Source of the DNA: Squalus acanthias
Taxonomy: Eukaryota
Assembly (NCBI GenBank): GCA_030390025.1
Contig: CM059431.1
Span: 121,398,001 to 121,462,000, forward strand
Direction: 5' to 3'
Length of the DNA: 64,000 bases
Positions within the stretch are counted from its first letter, which is position 1. The number at the start of each line of letters is the position of its first letter. Shown piece by piece: positions 48,101 to 60,314 of this stretch. The position numbers and the translations under genes were made by a program. Below the pieces are notes generated by a model, which saw nothing but the letters and a program-made list of their open reading frames with translations, did not search any database and was not told the DNA's origin.

Positions 48101-50039
48101 AATGGCTGGAGTCATACACAAAAGAAGATGATTGTGGTTGTTGAAGACTATTTATCTGAGGCCCAGGACATTGCTGCAGGAGTTCCTCAGTACAACATCC
48201 TAGATCAAAATATCTTCAGCTGCTTCATTAATGACCTTCATAAGGTCTGAGGTGGGGCTGTTCACTTATGATTGCCCAATGTTTAGCTCCATCCACTATT
48301 TCTTATATAATGAAGCATTGCATGCAACAAGACCTGGACAACAGTAGCAAATAACATTTGCACCACATAAATGTCAGGCAATGACTGTCCCCAACAAGAG
48401 AGAGCCTAACCAACGCCCCTTGACATTCAATGGCACTACCATCGCTGAATTGCCCACCATCAAAATCCTGGGTCTGTACCCTTTTTCTCTTCTGCCCTAT
48501 GGCTGGGAAGCATTAATTTCCAAAATGCAGGGCAGAGAAAAAGCTATCTTGAAATGTGAACATAGGCGAGACCTTTACTATACTATAGATATATTTTAAT
48601 TGGTTATATGACTGTGGTGATGGCTTCAGAGCCTAATTGTTCAGTATAAACGTGTGGAAGCCGTAAAACACCAGCTATAAACCGTACTGGAATGGTCTAT
48701 GTGTGGTCCACAAGTATGTGCAATGACTCAGCTGAATTTAAACATTCAGATGCAAAAAGTGAAATATTTTTAAAAGATTAATATTTGCTAAGAGTTTAGT
48801 TTAAGGTGAGAGGGAACTTTATTGCTTTTTTATGAAGGAGCTGCTAATTATTTCTAATTAGGCAATTGGTAGGTTGTGTGAAAGCGACGGAGAGATTTGC
48901 AGCCAATGTTTGGGTGATGAAAAGTCAAGTGAGTTCTAATTGTTCTTGGCACAAAATCATTTTGGTCACTTGCAGCGATCGATCCCATCTCCACAATGAC
49001 AGTACTTTGGAAAAGCTAATAATGAAGGGAAGCCACTTGTTAGAATGGTCTCTCCAACAATATAAGAAAAGGGTTAACATCTCCATGAAAGACAAAAGGA
49101 TATCATGCAAACATGATTTCTTATATTCCGAGGCTCCACTGGTGACGGGGCAAGTTGTAAAGTCCAACCCACAACCTTGCACCCCAGATTCACACCGCAC
49201 CCTGATTTTGTGTTGGGCAATATTGGGGGAAGTAAAGAGGCCGCACTGCAAGCATACACAGCCCACATTACCCTATATTGCTTATGCAAATCAGATCACA
49301 CTTCAAATTTTAAAAGTTTGGGTGAGGCTGGTCCCCATAGCACTGCACGCCTATTTAAAATGGGCACACAACAGAGAAATGGTTCTTGTCTGTATTGGAA
49401 TGGTTCTTAAAGTGAGTTGAATGTTGTTGTTTGATTGAATATTGGAGTCTACTTTTTTAGGCATGTAGCATTTCTCTACTGCCTATTGAACATCTTACAT
49501 ACTTTATTTCCCTTCCATGTTTTGGCCTTTTTGTTGACGTCTTCATTTTGCTAAAATACTTTCTCGAGTCTTGGCAATTACTGCTGCAGTGCAAATTGCA
49601 ATTTATCAGGTTCGGAGCATGGGTATTTATTTTGGTATCCTCATTTCGCTGTATGATTTGGATAAGGAGGACTAATTCACAAGGGCACAAGGCCCTCAAA
49701 GTTACGATTGCTGCAATCCACTGCCATAAGTGCGGCAGGATGGGACTGTTGGCTGCCCAATAACCCAGAAGCTGACCGGACCAGCTAATTAGAACATTAC
49801 TGGGCAGGACAAAGGCACATGTCTCCAAAGCAATTGTTAGTTTACACCAGGACTTCCAAAAAATTGTGAGGAAGCTCTTGTATGGGCAGCTGTGCTGCAT
49901 GTAAAGCTGGATTGCTCTTAAAGCAGAACCAACATGCAACAATCTGCAGACATGTCTCCAACATAAGCCATTAACACAGGCTCAAATTCTCAGTGTGTGA
50001 TGTGAATATTTTACTTAGTGAAATTCAGGACAGGAGAGT

Positions 50040-51240
50040 TGGAATATTGGGAGTGGATGGGAACAGAACAGTCAATACAACAGGTAGGACCATGTAGAAA
50101 GGCGGTGGCACAGGCAAAGAGTGGCAACTCCCTAACCCCAGGACTGCCTTCTAGTGTATGAAGAAAGTTAATGACCTCTCAAGGTCAGCATTGATTAGTG
50201 TGACAGGAACAAGCCACCATTCATCTATATTTTAAACCTTACAGGCCCTGATAACATCATTGGAGCCCAATCTATATATTTAAAGGAGAACCCTCTTGTC
50301 TGCTTAGAAGAGCAGGTTAAAATAGAAACCTGCAGGATCGGTGTACGATGTCGGCGGGTGAGTCCCACATACAATTTTACCTGCCTGCCCACCCACCTGG
50401 TTTCCACCGAGTGGACAGGGTTATAATCGCCCCTTATTTGTAAATTATGTGGAGCATCCTGGTTGTTACAGATGCTGTACAACTATAATATAATCAGATA
50501 TTACTGAAAGTTGCCCTGATGAGTTTGTCCCACAGGTCTCTCAACATTTGGCTGTAACCGTGCTGTGTCCTCTTCATGTCCGAGGCCCTCTGTCTCAGGG
50601 GTTCAGCTTCTGACTCAGTCTCCTCCTCAGGAAACTCAATTTCCAGGCTTTTCTGAAGAGCAAAATTGTGGAGGACACAGCAGGCCACCACAATGTCCAA
50701 GACAACACTAGGAGCTCCAGACCTATCAGGTACCTGAACCTTTCCTGCATGACAATGGCTTGTACAATTTAATTTGAGTGCAGATGCGAGACTTGTAGCA
50801 TTCCTTCACTTAATTGGTGGTCCGTCTCAAGGTACTAGAAGCCATGGTAGTATTGGATATTACAAACCAAAACATTGCTGTTGAATCTGAAAGAGTGATC
50901 AGACACTTGATTGCTGAAGGATCAATATATCTTGGCAGTTGCCTGCATACTGGAGATTGATATGCAGAAACCGGTGCCTGTAGTCACACAGTAATTGGAC
51001 ATTAAGGGAGTGAAATCTCTTTTAGTTAAAATAATGGTGTCGATTGACAGTTGAGGCTCGATGGCCACATCAGTGCAATGCATAGCTTCAAGCATTCATG
51101 GATATCTGGCAATCCAATGAAAATTAAAGGCCTGCTCACTCAATTGTCTTGCTCCTGTGTCAACTGTAATGAACTGTATTGCCCTGGCAAACAGGAGATG
51201 ATAATGACAGGTCTCCTCTAGCATGGCCAGGAAGGACTGT
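50040..51240. mobile_element. Decayed Harbinger with convergent Myb (+) and transposase (-) remnants
   Basis: + strand ..CMKKVNDL (~50155); minus strand IVVACCVLHNFALQK..LWDKLIRATF (ORF 50494..50700). Confidence 0.65.
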
Positions 51241-52654
51241 CGGGGTCAGTAAATGTTAGTCCTGGGGTAAAGATGGGTGTGTACATATCATCTGAGATAT
51301 AATTACTCCTGCCATTCTTGTCTCTTTAAGAACTACACTTCCTCTATGAGTGTCAGTGAAGCCCCCGAAGAAATTGTCATCCTGCCCACTTAATTTGCTG
51401 CAGCTGATATAGCAACTGGAAGCAAGATTGTTGTAGGAAAGAGATATGTAAATAAAAGACTTGTAATGCAAAAAAATCAGGCCTAGACAGCAAAAAAATA
51501 CCTTTCTTGCCAATACTGAAATGTGCCTTTAAGGAATCAACTCTTAAAAGCTAGGCCATGCAGACAGTCATGTTTCTTTAGCATTTGAGGATGTATTGAG
51601 GCTGGCTGAAAGTGCGTCTTCTGATAGCTTGTGAAAGAATAATCACAAAATCCAAAGCTTGTAAACCTCTGCCCCAGATTCCCTGACTCAAGGTCACATC
51701 CTGTGAGGCTCCATACCAATAGTCAAGCCTCACAATATTGGTGCTGCAGTACAAAATATATTTGCTTTTCCTTTATTTTTTAATTTTGTTCAATGAAATT
51801 CCTTTTTCCCCTGTGAACAATCGAGAAAAGAAACATTTCCATGAACAAACAAAACAATTAAACGCTCAAGAGCACCTTCCCTGATCAGATGCTCCAATAA
51901 GGAGCATCTCTCACAGGGAGGAAAGGTTGTGAAACTGTGGGCAAACAGTGCCTCATTTTCCGACAATAATTTTAAGGGCAGGAAATTAGGCATTGTGAGC
52001 ACTGATTCCTAACCTGTGCTTCCTGCAAGCACCACACCCTGCTGGTAATGCCTAATTGGGGAATCAATTCTTTGGCATTTAATGTGTGCTACTGTCTAAT
52101 GTGTTCAGCACTCCTTTACTTGTGTGCTTTCCTTGCCCAAGGTATGTGCAGGGGCTGGGGTTCTGCGGTGGTCGGCGGTTCACGAAGGGCGGGGGCGGGC
52201 GGAAGTGTTCGGGGCAGGGGAGGCATAAACTTTTCTTTGTGGGTATCTGGAGAAGCACTTCTACTACTCTTGGTCCTATAAATGAAAGTTTTAAACTTAC
52301 CTGGAAAGGTCTCTTCGGTCTTCAGATCTGGTTGGAACTGCCGGAGTGGCTGCTGCTGGTGATTTGCTCTCTCGCCGTTTACGGTGACGTTGGGATACTA
52401 CTCAATTTGCATACATGTATGAGGCTCCCACCTGACTCAGGCGGGCACCTCATACGCCATACAAAACAGTCATAATAAAATCAGAATGGCGTGGGAAGGA
52501 GTGGCTATTTCACACTCTAAAGTTTAACTGCCTGCTGGCCCGGTTTCCCATGGATGGGGGAGTTAAAATTCCCCTCACTGTGTTAGACATAGATAATGAG
52601 CTAACTGAATAATAAGCGGCAGGTGAGTCACCAAGCTCTGGCAAGGAAAGAAAG

Positions 52655-53092
52655 ACTTGCATTTATTTAGCACCATTCATCCCAAAGTGCTTTACAGCCA
52701 ATGAAGTACATTTTGAAGTGTAGTCACTGTTGTAATGTAGGAAACGCAGCAGCCAATTTGCGCACAGCAAGCTCCCACAAACAGCAATGTGATAATGACC
52801 AGATAAACTGTTTCAGTGATGTTGATTGAGGGATAAATATTGGCCAGGACACCGGGGATAACTCCCCCTGCTCTTCTTTGAAGTAGTGCCTTGGGATCTT
52901 TTACGTCCACCTGAGAGAGTAGACGTAGCCTCGGTTTAACATCTCATCCAAAAGACCTCCGACAGTGCAGCACTCCCTCAGTACTGCACTGGAGTGTCAG
53001 CCTAGATTATTGTACTCAAGTCTCTGGAGTAGGACTTGAACCTACAACTTTCTGACTCAGAGGTGAGGGTGCAACCAATGGAGCCACTGGCT
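52655..53092 (-). mobile_element. DeuSINE-like SINE, near full length
   Basis: Homologous to 16161-16588 from L2-like tail to tRNA head. Confidence 0.8.
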
Positions 53093-54078
53093 GAGGAAGA
53101 GGTAGTAGTAGAAAGAGTCAGTAGTGATGAGGTGCAATGAGGGGCAGAGAGTTTCATCAGAATGCTCTAAGCAACTTAGTTTGCAAAGAGGAAGGCAATC
53201 TCGCTGGGTCAGCTTTGAAACAAAGGCTCTTACAGCACAGCAAGAGTGATAAACAGCCATTTCGGTTTGTGAGCACCTTAGTGAGAGATTCTGTGTGGCT
53301 CCACCGAACAGTTAGCCTCTGGCATCTCTAGCTTGATGGAGTTGATGGCTCAATGGTTGCATGGACAGCACGTTTCCACTGAGCAGATTGCTTCACTGTG
53401 GGATGTGCTGTCACAATCTCTATAGCTGTAACTTGGCCATCTATCAGGACTGCTGTCAATGATGTTGTGGCTGCTTTAGGGTCTCAAAACCAACCAAATC
53501 ACGTCTGCATTATGTTTATAGTTTGATTGGTGGAATGCAATCTAATGATCAAACTATAAATATAATGAAGATATGATATGGATGCCTTGGTTTCATTCAC
53601 CAACAGGCTCCTATTTATAAATTAAAGTGTGACAGATGAAACTTTGCACTTGAAATGTTGCCATTCTTTAATATTTCTTCTGTGTTGTGTTCTGAATGGT
53701 TCAGGCAAATCCATTTTTATTTATCTATAACTACGGCATCTGAGAGAGAACACACAAAAAAGCAACAGAATTAGGGTTAACTTAGAAGACGGAAATCCTG
53801 GAAGGAATTTACCATTACTCAATTTTGCAGGAGGAGTTCTGAATAAGTCTTCAATTTAAACATGTTATGAAAGCAGAATATTTTTCGTAACACTGAGTAC
53901 CGTTGTGGAGGTGGAAAGATATAAATTAGTTTAATCGTTTAAGTTTTAGAATTTAAGATCTTCACTATAAAACACTACACCCTAACCGATGGAGAACTTA
54001 CCCAATATTGTTAGTAGGAGCTGCTGTATTCAAATTATTTCTGGTAGACCTGGAAAGGGAAAGTAATTTATATTAGTC

Positions 54079-54560
54079 GGGCTAAAAATTCAATAAGGCC
54101 CGAAAATGGGTGCAGGGTTCGCCATGCACGATCTGCCCGCACCCGTTGAAAGTAATGCAGGCAGCACGCTAATTAACATTATTGATGCATGTAGCCCAGC
54201 ACTGAGAGTGTTGCTGAGTGGCTCAATGCTCAGCAGGGGGTCCAAGTTTGTTTATTTAAAGCTAGTCTCCAGTTTTAAACACAGTCTGCACTTCTTAAAG
54301 GGGAGGTGCATTCTGAATTCAGCACCTCATTGCACTTGTTGTCAAGGCAACTGTAAGGCAATTATGGCTCAATTAGACAGAGAAAGGGCACCGAACACAC
54401 TGCTCCTGGCTTAGTTGCAGGTAGGCGAAGTGCTCCCTGAAGATCCTAGGTGGGCAAGGCCTCCTGCTGACAGCCCTCCTCCCCCAAAGAAAATGTCTAT
54501 TTTCTAAACAATCTGCTTTCTTGATACTGTGGCTGACGGTGTAGACCTGGGATGGGCCTC
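54079..54560. mobile_element. Harbinger deletion derivative: Myb start fused head-on to transposase start
   Basis: Left end GGGCTAAAAATT; + MAQLDRERAP joined directly to - RRPCPPRIFREHFAYLQLSQEQCVR. Confidence 0.65.
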
Positions 54561-54589
54561 CGTTCAATCAAACCACTTCCATTTCAGCA

Positions 54590-54715
54590 TCAGCTGTGGC
54601 TCAGTAGGTAGCACTCTTGCTCCTGAGGCAGAAGGTTTGGGGGTTCAAATGCCCCTTCAGAGACTCAAGCGCAAAAATCTAAGCTGACACTCCAGTTCAG
54701 TACTGAGGGAGTGCT
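54590..54715 (+). mobile_element. DeuSINE-like SINE 5' tRNA head
   Basis: CAGCTGTGGCTCAGTAGGTAGCACTC..GGTTCAAATGCC. Confidence 0.7.
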
Positions 54716-55019
54716 TACTCCCCTCTAAAACATGGCATCAGTGTCGACATTGTGTCAGCATTCACATACCTTTCTGTTGCCTACAGTTTGCAGTTCATTC
54801 TACATGTTTGTATGCAGATTTATCTTGCAGATTACAGGATTACAACCTTAAGGGCAGTACTCATGCTGCCCATAGATCATTGACCATGTAATGACATTAC
54901 CAAATGACAGGATCCAGATAGCAGAAAGCCCATAGTGACTGTAGCCTGCTCTGACACTGATCCTGTTGCATTGGGCTTTGGCACATTGGACTCCATGCCT
55001 CTTGTGTCCTCTACAACTG

Positions 55020-55190
55020 TACTTGTTGGATTTGCACCGCCCCAGCAGTATGGAGTCATAACGGCACAGAAGGAGGCCATTCCCCATCGACTCCGTGCCA
55101 GCTCTCTGCAGAGCAATTGAGTCAGTCCCATTCCCCTGCTCTATCCCCGTAGCCCTGCAAGTTTATTTCCCTCAAGTGCCTATTCCTTGC
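55020..55190 (-). mobile_element. CR1 3' tail fragment
   Basis: Reverse complement resembles the tail at 61780-61890. Confidence 0.55.
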
Positions 55191-57104
55191 ACTAGAGGAA
55201 CATGTAGAGGTAGACAGCAGCAGGTAGTTTTACCTTAAAGCTCATGCCACAGCAAGCTTTTTGAAAAACATTTTGGACTTTAGAAATTTCAGTTACTGAG
55301 CGAAAAAAAGGCATTTAAGTGATTTGATTGTTTTCCCTTTTTTAATTGGCAGATTCTCCTGGCTAGTCAGGATTGGTTGTTTTCATTAAGACCGTAGAAG
55401 TTTCTTCTCCCTCCCATTATCTTCGGGTCTCTGTGTCTCTTTTAACCTGGCCTCCACTTCTTCAGCTGCTGTAATAACAGTCTCACTGCAGCACCACCAG
55501 ATGGCAGTTGCAGGCTCCTGCTTGCTGCTGGGGATCCCATGAGGATCCCACACGACATATATAATGACCCCTTAGCTAGGAAAATGGGTTAGAGTCACGG
55601 CAGGGTCAGGGCAGTGAGTGGAGTTTTGGCCTTGACCCACCAGGAGCAAGAACAAGGAGCATTCTTAAACAAAGATTGATTAATACATAGCATGAACTTC
55701 CATAGAGTAGATTAAATTAAGAGATTGTTTAAAAAAAAGCTGGATGCCGCAATGGAGGAACTATAGACTCTTTCTGTATGGATGAAATTAAATGAAGCTG
55801 AATAGCCTTCCTTGGCTATATTTATGTCATGATCTTGTGAATATATTCCCTAATTTTGAAACTGCAAAGTCTGAAGACAGTTTAATTATCCTTACTAATT
55901 ACCAATACAGGCTTACTTAGCATCTCATACTCTAGATTACCAGTTATAATAGTATAAAAGCTATACTTGCAATTAAATAGGAGCTTTCACAATGTGACAT
56001 CTCGCAATGCTTTGCAAAATCAACCACTATTTTACACTGAAGTGTAGTTATTGTTATATGCAGGAAAACACATGGGACAGTGATCCAGCTACAAGGTGCC
56101 ATCCAGCAAAATTACCAGGAATCAGACCCTGCTGAATCCATCACCGGAAGGTAGGCTTTTTAAAATTGAATTAAATTTAAGAAAAGCCTTTTCTTACAAT
56201 GTACAAATGGAGGTTACATTAATCAACACCCACCATGATGTTAACAACCTGTTTTATTCCCTAATTTGTGCGACATTATTTAAAAGGCCAAGCCAATCAA
56301 AGTTGAAGCATCTGATTGAGCCAAATACATTTTGGGGGGAAAAATAACTCCCAACTGTATGATGCTTAAAGTGCAGAATTCAATTCAGTCCTCGCCTCTT
56401 CTGACAGTGCAGTAAGCACAATAAAGCAAAATGAATCCATCAAAACCACTATACACCAAAGTAGCAGCTTAGGGAGACACGTCTCCAAGTCTGTTAGCAG
56501 AAGAATGTAACTTAATAATGAATTTTAAATAATCAAAGCATTTTCATTAGCATTTAAATATGGGATGCATAACAAATATTTCAGATCATGGCTCAGTAAT
56601 AATTGAATAAGTTGGAGACTAAGTTAATTCATCAGGATACTGACTGACAGCAGATTGAAGTAAAGGTCGAGAAAGCTGTAAAGAAATAATGTCATTTTCT
56701 TTTCTTATTGAAAGTACTTTTATGATCCACTGATGTGTCGACACCAAAAAGGGGCTTGCTGTTAGTTTTCCCTGTAGTGGTAATGAATGTATCTGTAGCC
56801 TTAAACTACCGAATTAGTAAATCCAACACGTAGAGCTCATTAAAAAAAACATCATAAATCATATCCCTTTATTATACAAGAAGCCTGATGTTTTAATTCA
56901 GTCAGCTGGAGTCACTGCAATGTATCCGCGAGGCTGAGAACTTTGTGGATAGCACATTTCAGGAGGTGGTCACCCCACAGCTTAAGAGTGTGCAGACAGA
57001 GAGGGAATGGGTGACTGCCAGACAGAAGAGGAGGACCAGGCAGGTAGGGCATGAATCCCCTGAGTGCTTCTCGCTTGCTAACCGGTTTTCAGTTCTGAAT
57101 ACTG

Positions 57105-57710
57105 GTGGGGGGTGATGGTTCCTGTGGGGAGTGCAGCCAGAGCCAAGTCTACTGCACCATGGGTGGCTCAGCTGCACAGGGGGTGAGAAAGAAGAGTGGA
57201 AGAGCAATAGTCATAAAGGATTCGATAGTTAGGGGAGCAGACAGGCGTTTCTGCGGCTGCAGACGTGGCTTCAGGATGGTATGTTGCCTCCCTGGTGCCA
57301 GGGTCAAGGATGTCACTGAGTGGCTGCAGGACATTCTGAGGGGGGAGGGTGAACAGCCAGAGGTCGTGGTCCATATCGGTACCAACGACATAGGTAGAAA
57401 GAGGGATGAGGTCCTGCAGGCAGATTTTAGGGAGCTAGGAAAGAGATTAAAAAGCAGGACCTCAAAGGTAGTAATCTCTGGATTACTCCCGGTGCCACGT
57501 GCTAGTGAGTACAGAAATAGGACGATAGAGCAGATGAATGCGTGGCTGGAGAGGTGGTGCAGGAGGGAGGGCTTTAGATTCTTGAGGCATTGGGACCATT
57601 TCTGGGCGAGGTGGGACCTGTACAAGCCGGACGGGTTGCACCTCAACAGGACCGGGACCAATATCCTCACAGGGGGGATTGCTAGTGCTGTTGGGGAGGG
57701 TTTAAACTAG
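57105..57710 (+). pseudogene. CR1 ORF1 SGNH/GDSL-type esterase domain
   Basis: DSIVRG, CCLPGARV, HIGTND, DGLHLN motifs; upstream ORF1 part lies in another frame. Confidence 0.85.
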
Positions 57711-58326
57711 CTTGGCAGGGGGAATGGGAATCTGAGAGTAGATTCAGAAGGGAGAGAAGCAAAGCTGGAAATGGAAGGCAGAAAATTAGTAAGCGAGTTT
57801 GGAAGGCAGAGGAAACAAAGGCTAGAAAATAGACAAATAGGGAGTTTGGCAGTGCTTAATGGTATATACTTCAACACAAGGAGTCTAGGGAATAAAGCTG
57901 ATGAGTTGAGGGCACAGATAGACACGTGGGAGTATGATATTATAGCTATTACTGAGACATGGCTGAAAGAAGGGCAGGAATGGCAGTTCAACATTCCTGG
58001 TTACAGGGTTTTCAGACGAGTTAAAGCGGGCGATAAAAAAGGAGGTGGGGTTGCAATATTGATTAAAGAAGTACAGCTGTAAGGAGGGATGATATGTTAG
58101 AAGGATCATCCAATGAGGCCATATGTGTTGAACTGAAAAACAAAAAAGGGGCAATCACTCTGCTGGGAGTGTACTATAGACCCCCAAACAGTCAGAGGGA
58201 GATAGAAGAGCAAATATGTAGGCAAATTTCTGAGGCGTGCAAAAATAGGGCAGTAATAGTAGGGGATTAAAACTTCCCTAATATTAACTGGGATAAAATT
58301 AATATGAAACAAGGGCATATGAAAGG

Positions 58327-58755
58327 GCAACACGGTGGCATAGTGGTTAGCACTGGTGCCTCACAGCGCCAGGGACCCGGGTTCGAATCTGACCTCGGGT
58401 GACTGTCTGTGTGGAGTTTGCACATTCTCCCCGTGTCTGCGTGGGTTTCCTCCGGGTGCTCCGGTTTCCTCCCACAGTCCAAAAATGTGCGGGTTAGGTT
58501 GATTTGGCTATGATAAATTGACCCTTAGTGTTAGGGGGGGATTAAATATGTGGGGTTATGGGGATAGGATAGGATATGTTAGGGGGAATTAAAAACGTGG
58601 GGTTACAGGGGTAGGGTGGGATATGTGTACTGTGGGGATTAAAGCAGGGACAGGGTACTGGATTTGGATGATCAGCCATGATCGTATTGAATGGTGGAGC
58701 AGGCTCGACGGGCCGAATGGCCTACTCCTGCTCCTAGATTCTATGTTTATGTTTC
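58327..58755 (+). mobile_element. V-SINE (HE1-like) inserted in CR1 ORF2
   Basis: Near identical to 20562-20990; TSD TATGAAAGG (58318-58326, 58756-58764). Confidence 0.9.
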
Positions 58756-59572
58756 TATGAAAGGTATATAGGGAGCAGAATTCTTAAAATGCATTCAGGA
58801 GAACTTTTTTAGCCAGTACGTAGCAAGCCCAACAAGAGAGGGGGCGGTTCTGAACCTAGTTTTAGGGAATGAAGCTGGGCAGGTGGAAAGGGTATCAGTG
58901 GGAGTGCATATTGGTGGTAGTGATCATAATTCAGTTAGAATTAGGGTAGTTATGGAAAAGGACAAGGATAGACCAGGAATAAAAGTTCTCAATTGGGGAA
59001 AAGCTAATTTTACTAAGCTGAGTTGTAATTTAGCTAAAGTGGACTGGAGACAGAAGCTTGAAGGTAAATCAGTGTCAGAGCAGTGGGAGGCATTCAAGGA
59101 GGGTTCAGAGCAAGTATGTTCCCTTAAAGAAAAAGGGTGGGACTAACAAATCTAGAGCTCCCTGGATGTCAAGGGGCATACAGGGTAAAATAAAGAAAAA
59201 AAGGAAAGCTTATGACAGATACCGAGGGCTCAATACTACAGAAACCCTAGAGGAGTATAGAAAGTGCTGGGGTGAAATTAAAAAGGAAATTAGGAAAGCA
59301 AAGAGAGGGCATGAAAAAATATTCGCAAGTAAAATCAAGGAAAACCAAAAGATGTTTTATAAATACATTAAGAGCAAGAGGATAACTAAAGTAAGAGTAG
59401 GGCCTATTAGGGACCATAAAGGTAACCTGTGTGTGGAGGTGGAAGACATGTGTATGGTACTTAATGAATACTTTGCATCTGTTTTCACAAAAGAGAGGGA
59501 CAATGCAGACATTGCAATCAGGGAGGAGTGTGAAATATTAGATTAAATAAACATAGTGAAAGAGGAAATATT

Positions 59573-60314
59573 GGGCCGAAAATTGATCCCGGGACGCGAG
59601 AGTACGCACTGCCTACTCTCGCGTATTCCCACTCCAATTGCCGGTTTTCTGCATGCCCTGCGCATGCGCTGAAAACCGGCAATTGCTCTTCTGAAAAGGG
59701 GGCGGGGCCTGGGTGCATCGCGTGCGCGCTACAGGCTGCGCGCACGCTGTGCACTTCATGCTTTGGACGCGCAGGTAAGTAGGGAAGATTTTGGAAATGT
59801 AAAAAGGAGGAGTAAGACCCGCTTTTAAGAAGGTAAGTAGTGAATTAAGTATTTTTTTGAATTTTTTTTTACAGGTATATCTTTTTTATAGACTTTAAAG
59901 ACAGGTAAGTTTATTTTTATAACTTTTTAAAAGATTTTAAATTTTTTCAAAAATTTAATTTTTTATTTAAAATGGTTAATTTAATTAACTATACTTATTT
60001 TATTAATGTGATGGTTTTTTTTTAATTTAATTGAGGTTTAGCTGTTATTTTGGGGGGGTGTAAGATTCATAAGTCTCACAGCCATGCTGTGAGACTTATG
60101 AATGGAAGATGGTGTGCTGCCATTGGCTCTAACTGAGTCACGTGATCCCACAGCTCGCACGAATTCACTACGCCGCTGGGATACGCAAGCCCAGCACAGC
60201 TGATGTCTGGAACATCAAGTTCGTGCGAGCTGGATCAGAAAAAGCATAAGCGAGGTGAGACATCGCGGGGAAGGCTTACCCCCGCGGGAACAGAGCGAGA
60301 TCAATTTCTGGGCC
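59573..60314. mobile_element. Harbinger-type MITE (742 bp) inserted in CR1 ORF2
   Basis: TIR GGGCCGAAAATTGATC / GATCAATTTCTGGGCC, TSD ATT; CR1 frame rejoins EEI|LRDLASLKVDKSPG. Confidence 0.85.

Noticed and set aside
48866..49942. Several 110-185 aa ORFs
   Set aside because: Mostly non-ATG starts, overlapping on both strands, no recognisable domains
58327..58400. tRNA gene
   Set aside because: A/B boxes belong to a SINE head that continues into SINE body and LINE tail
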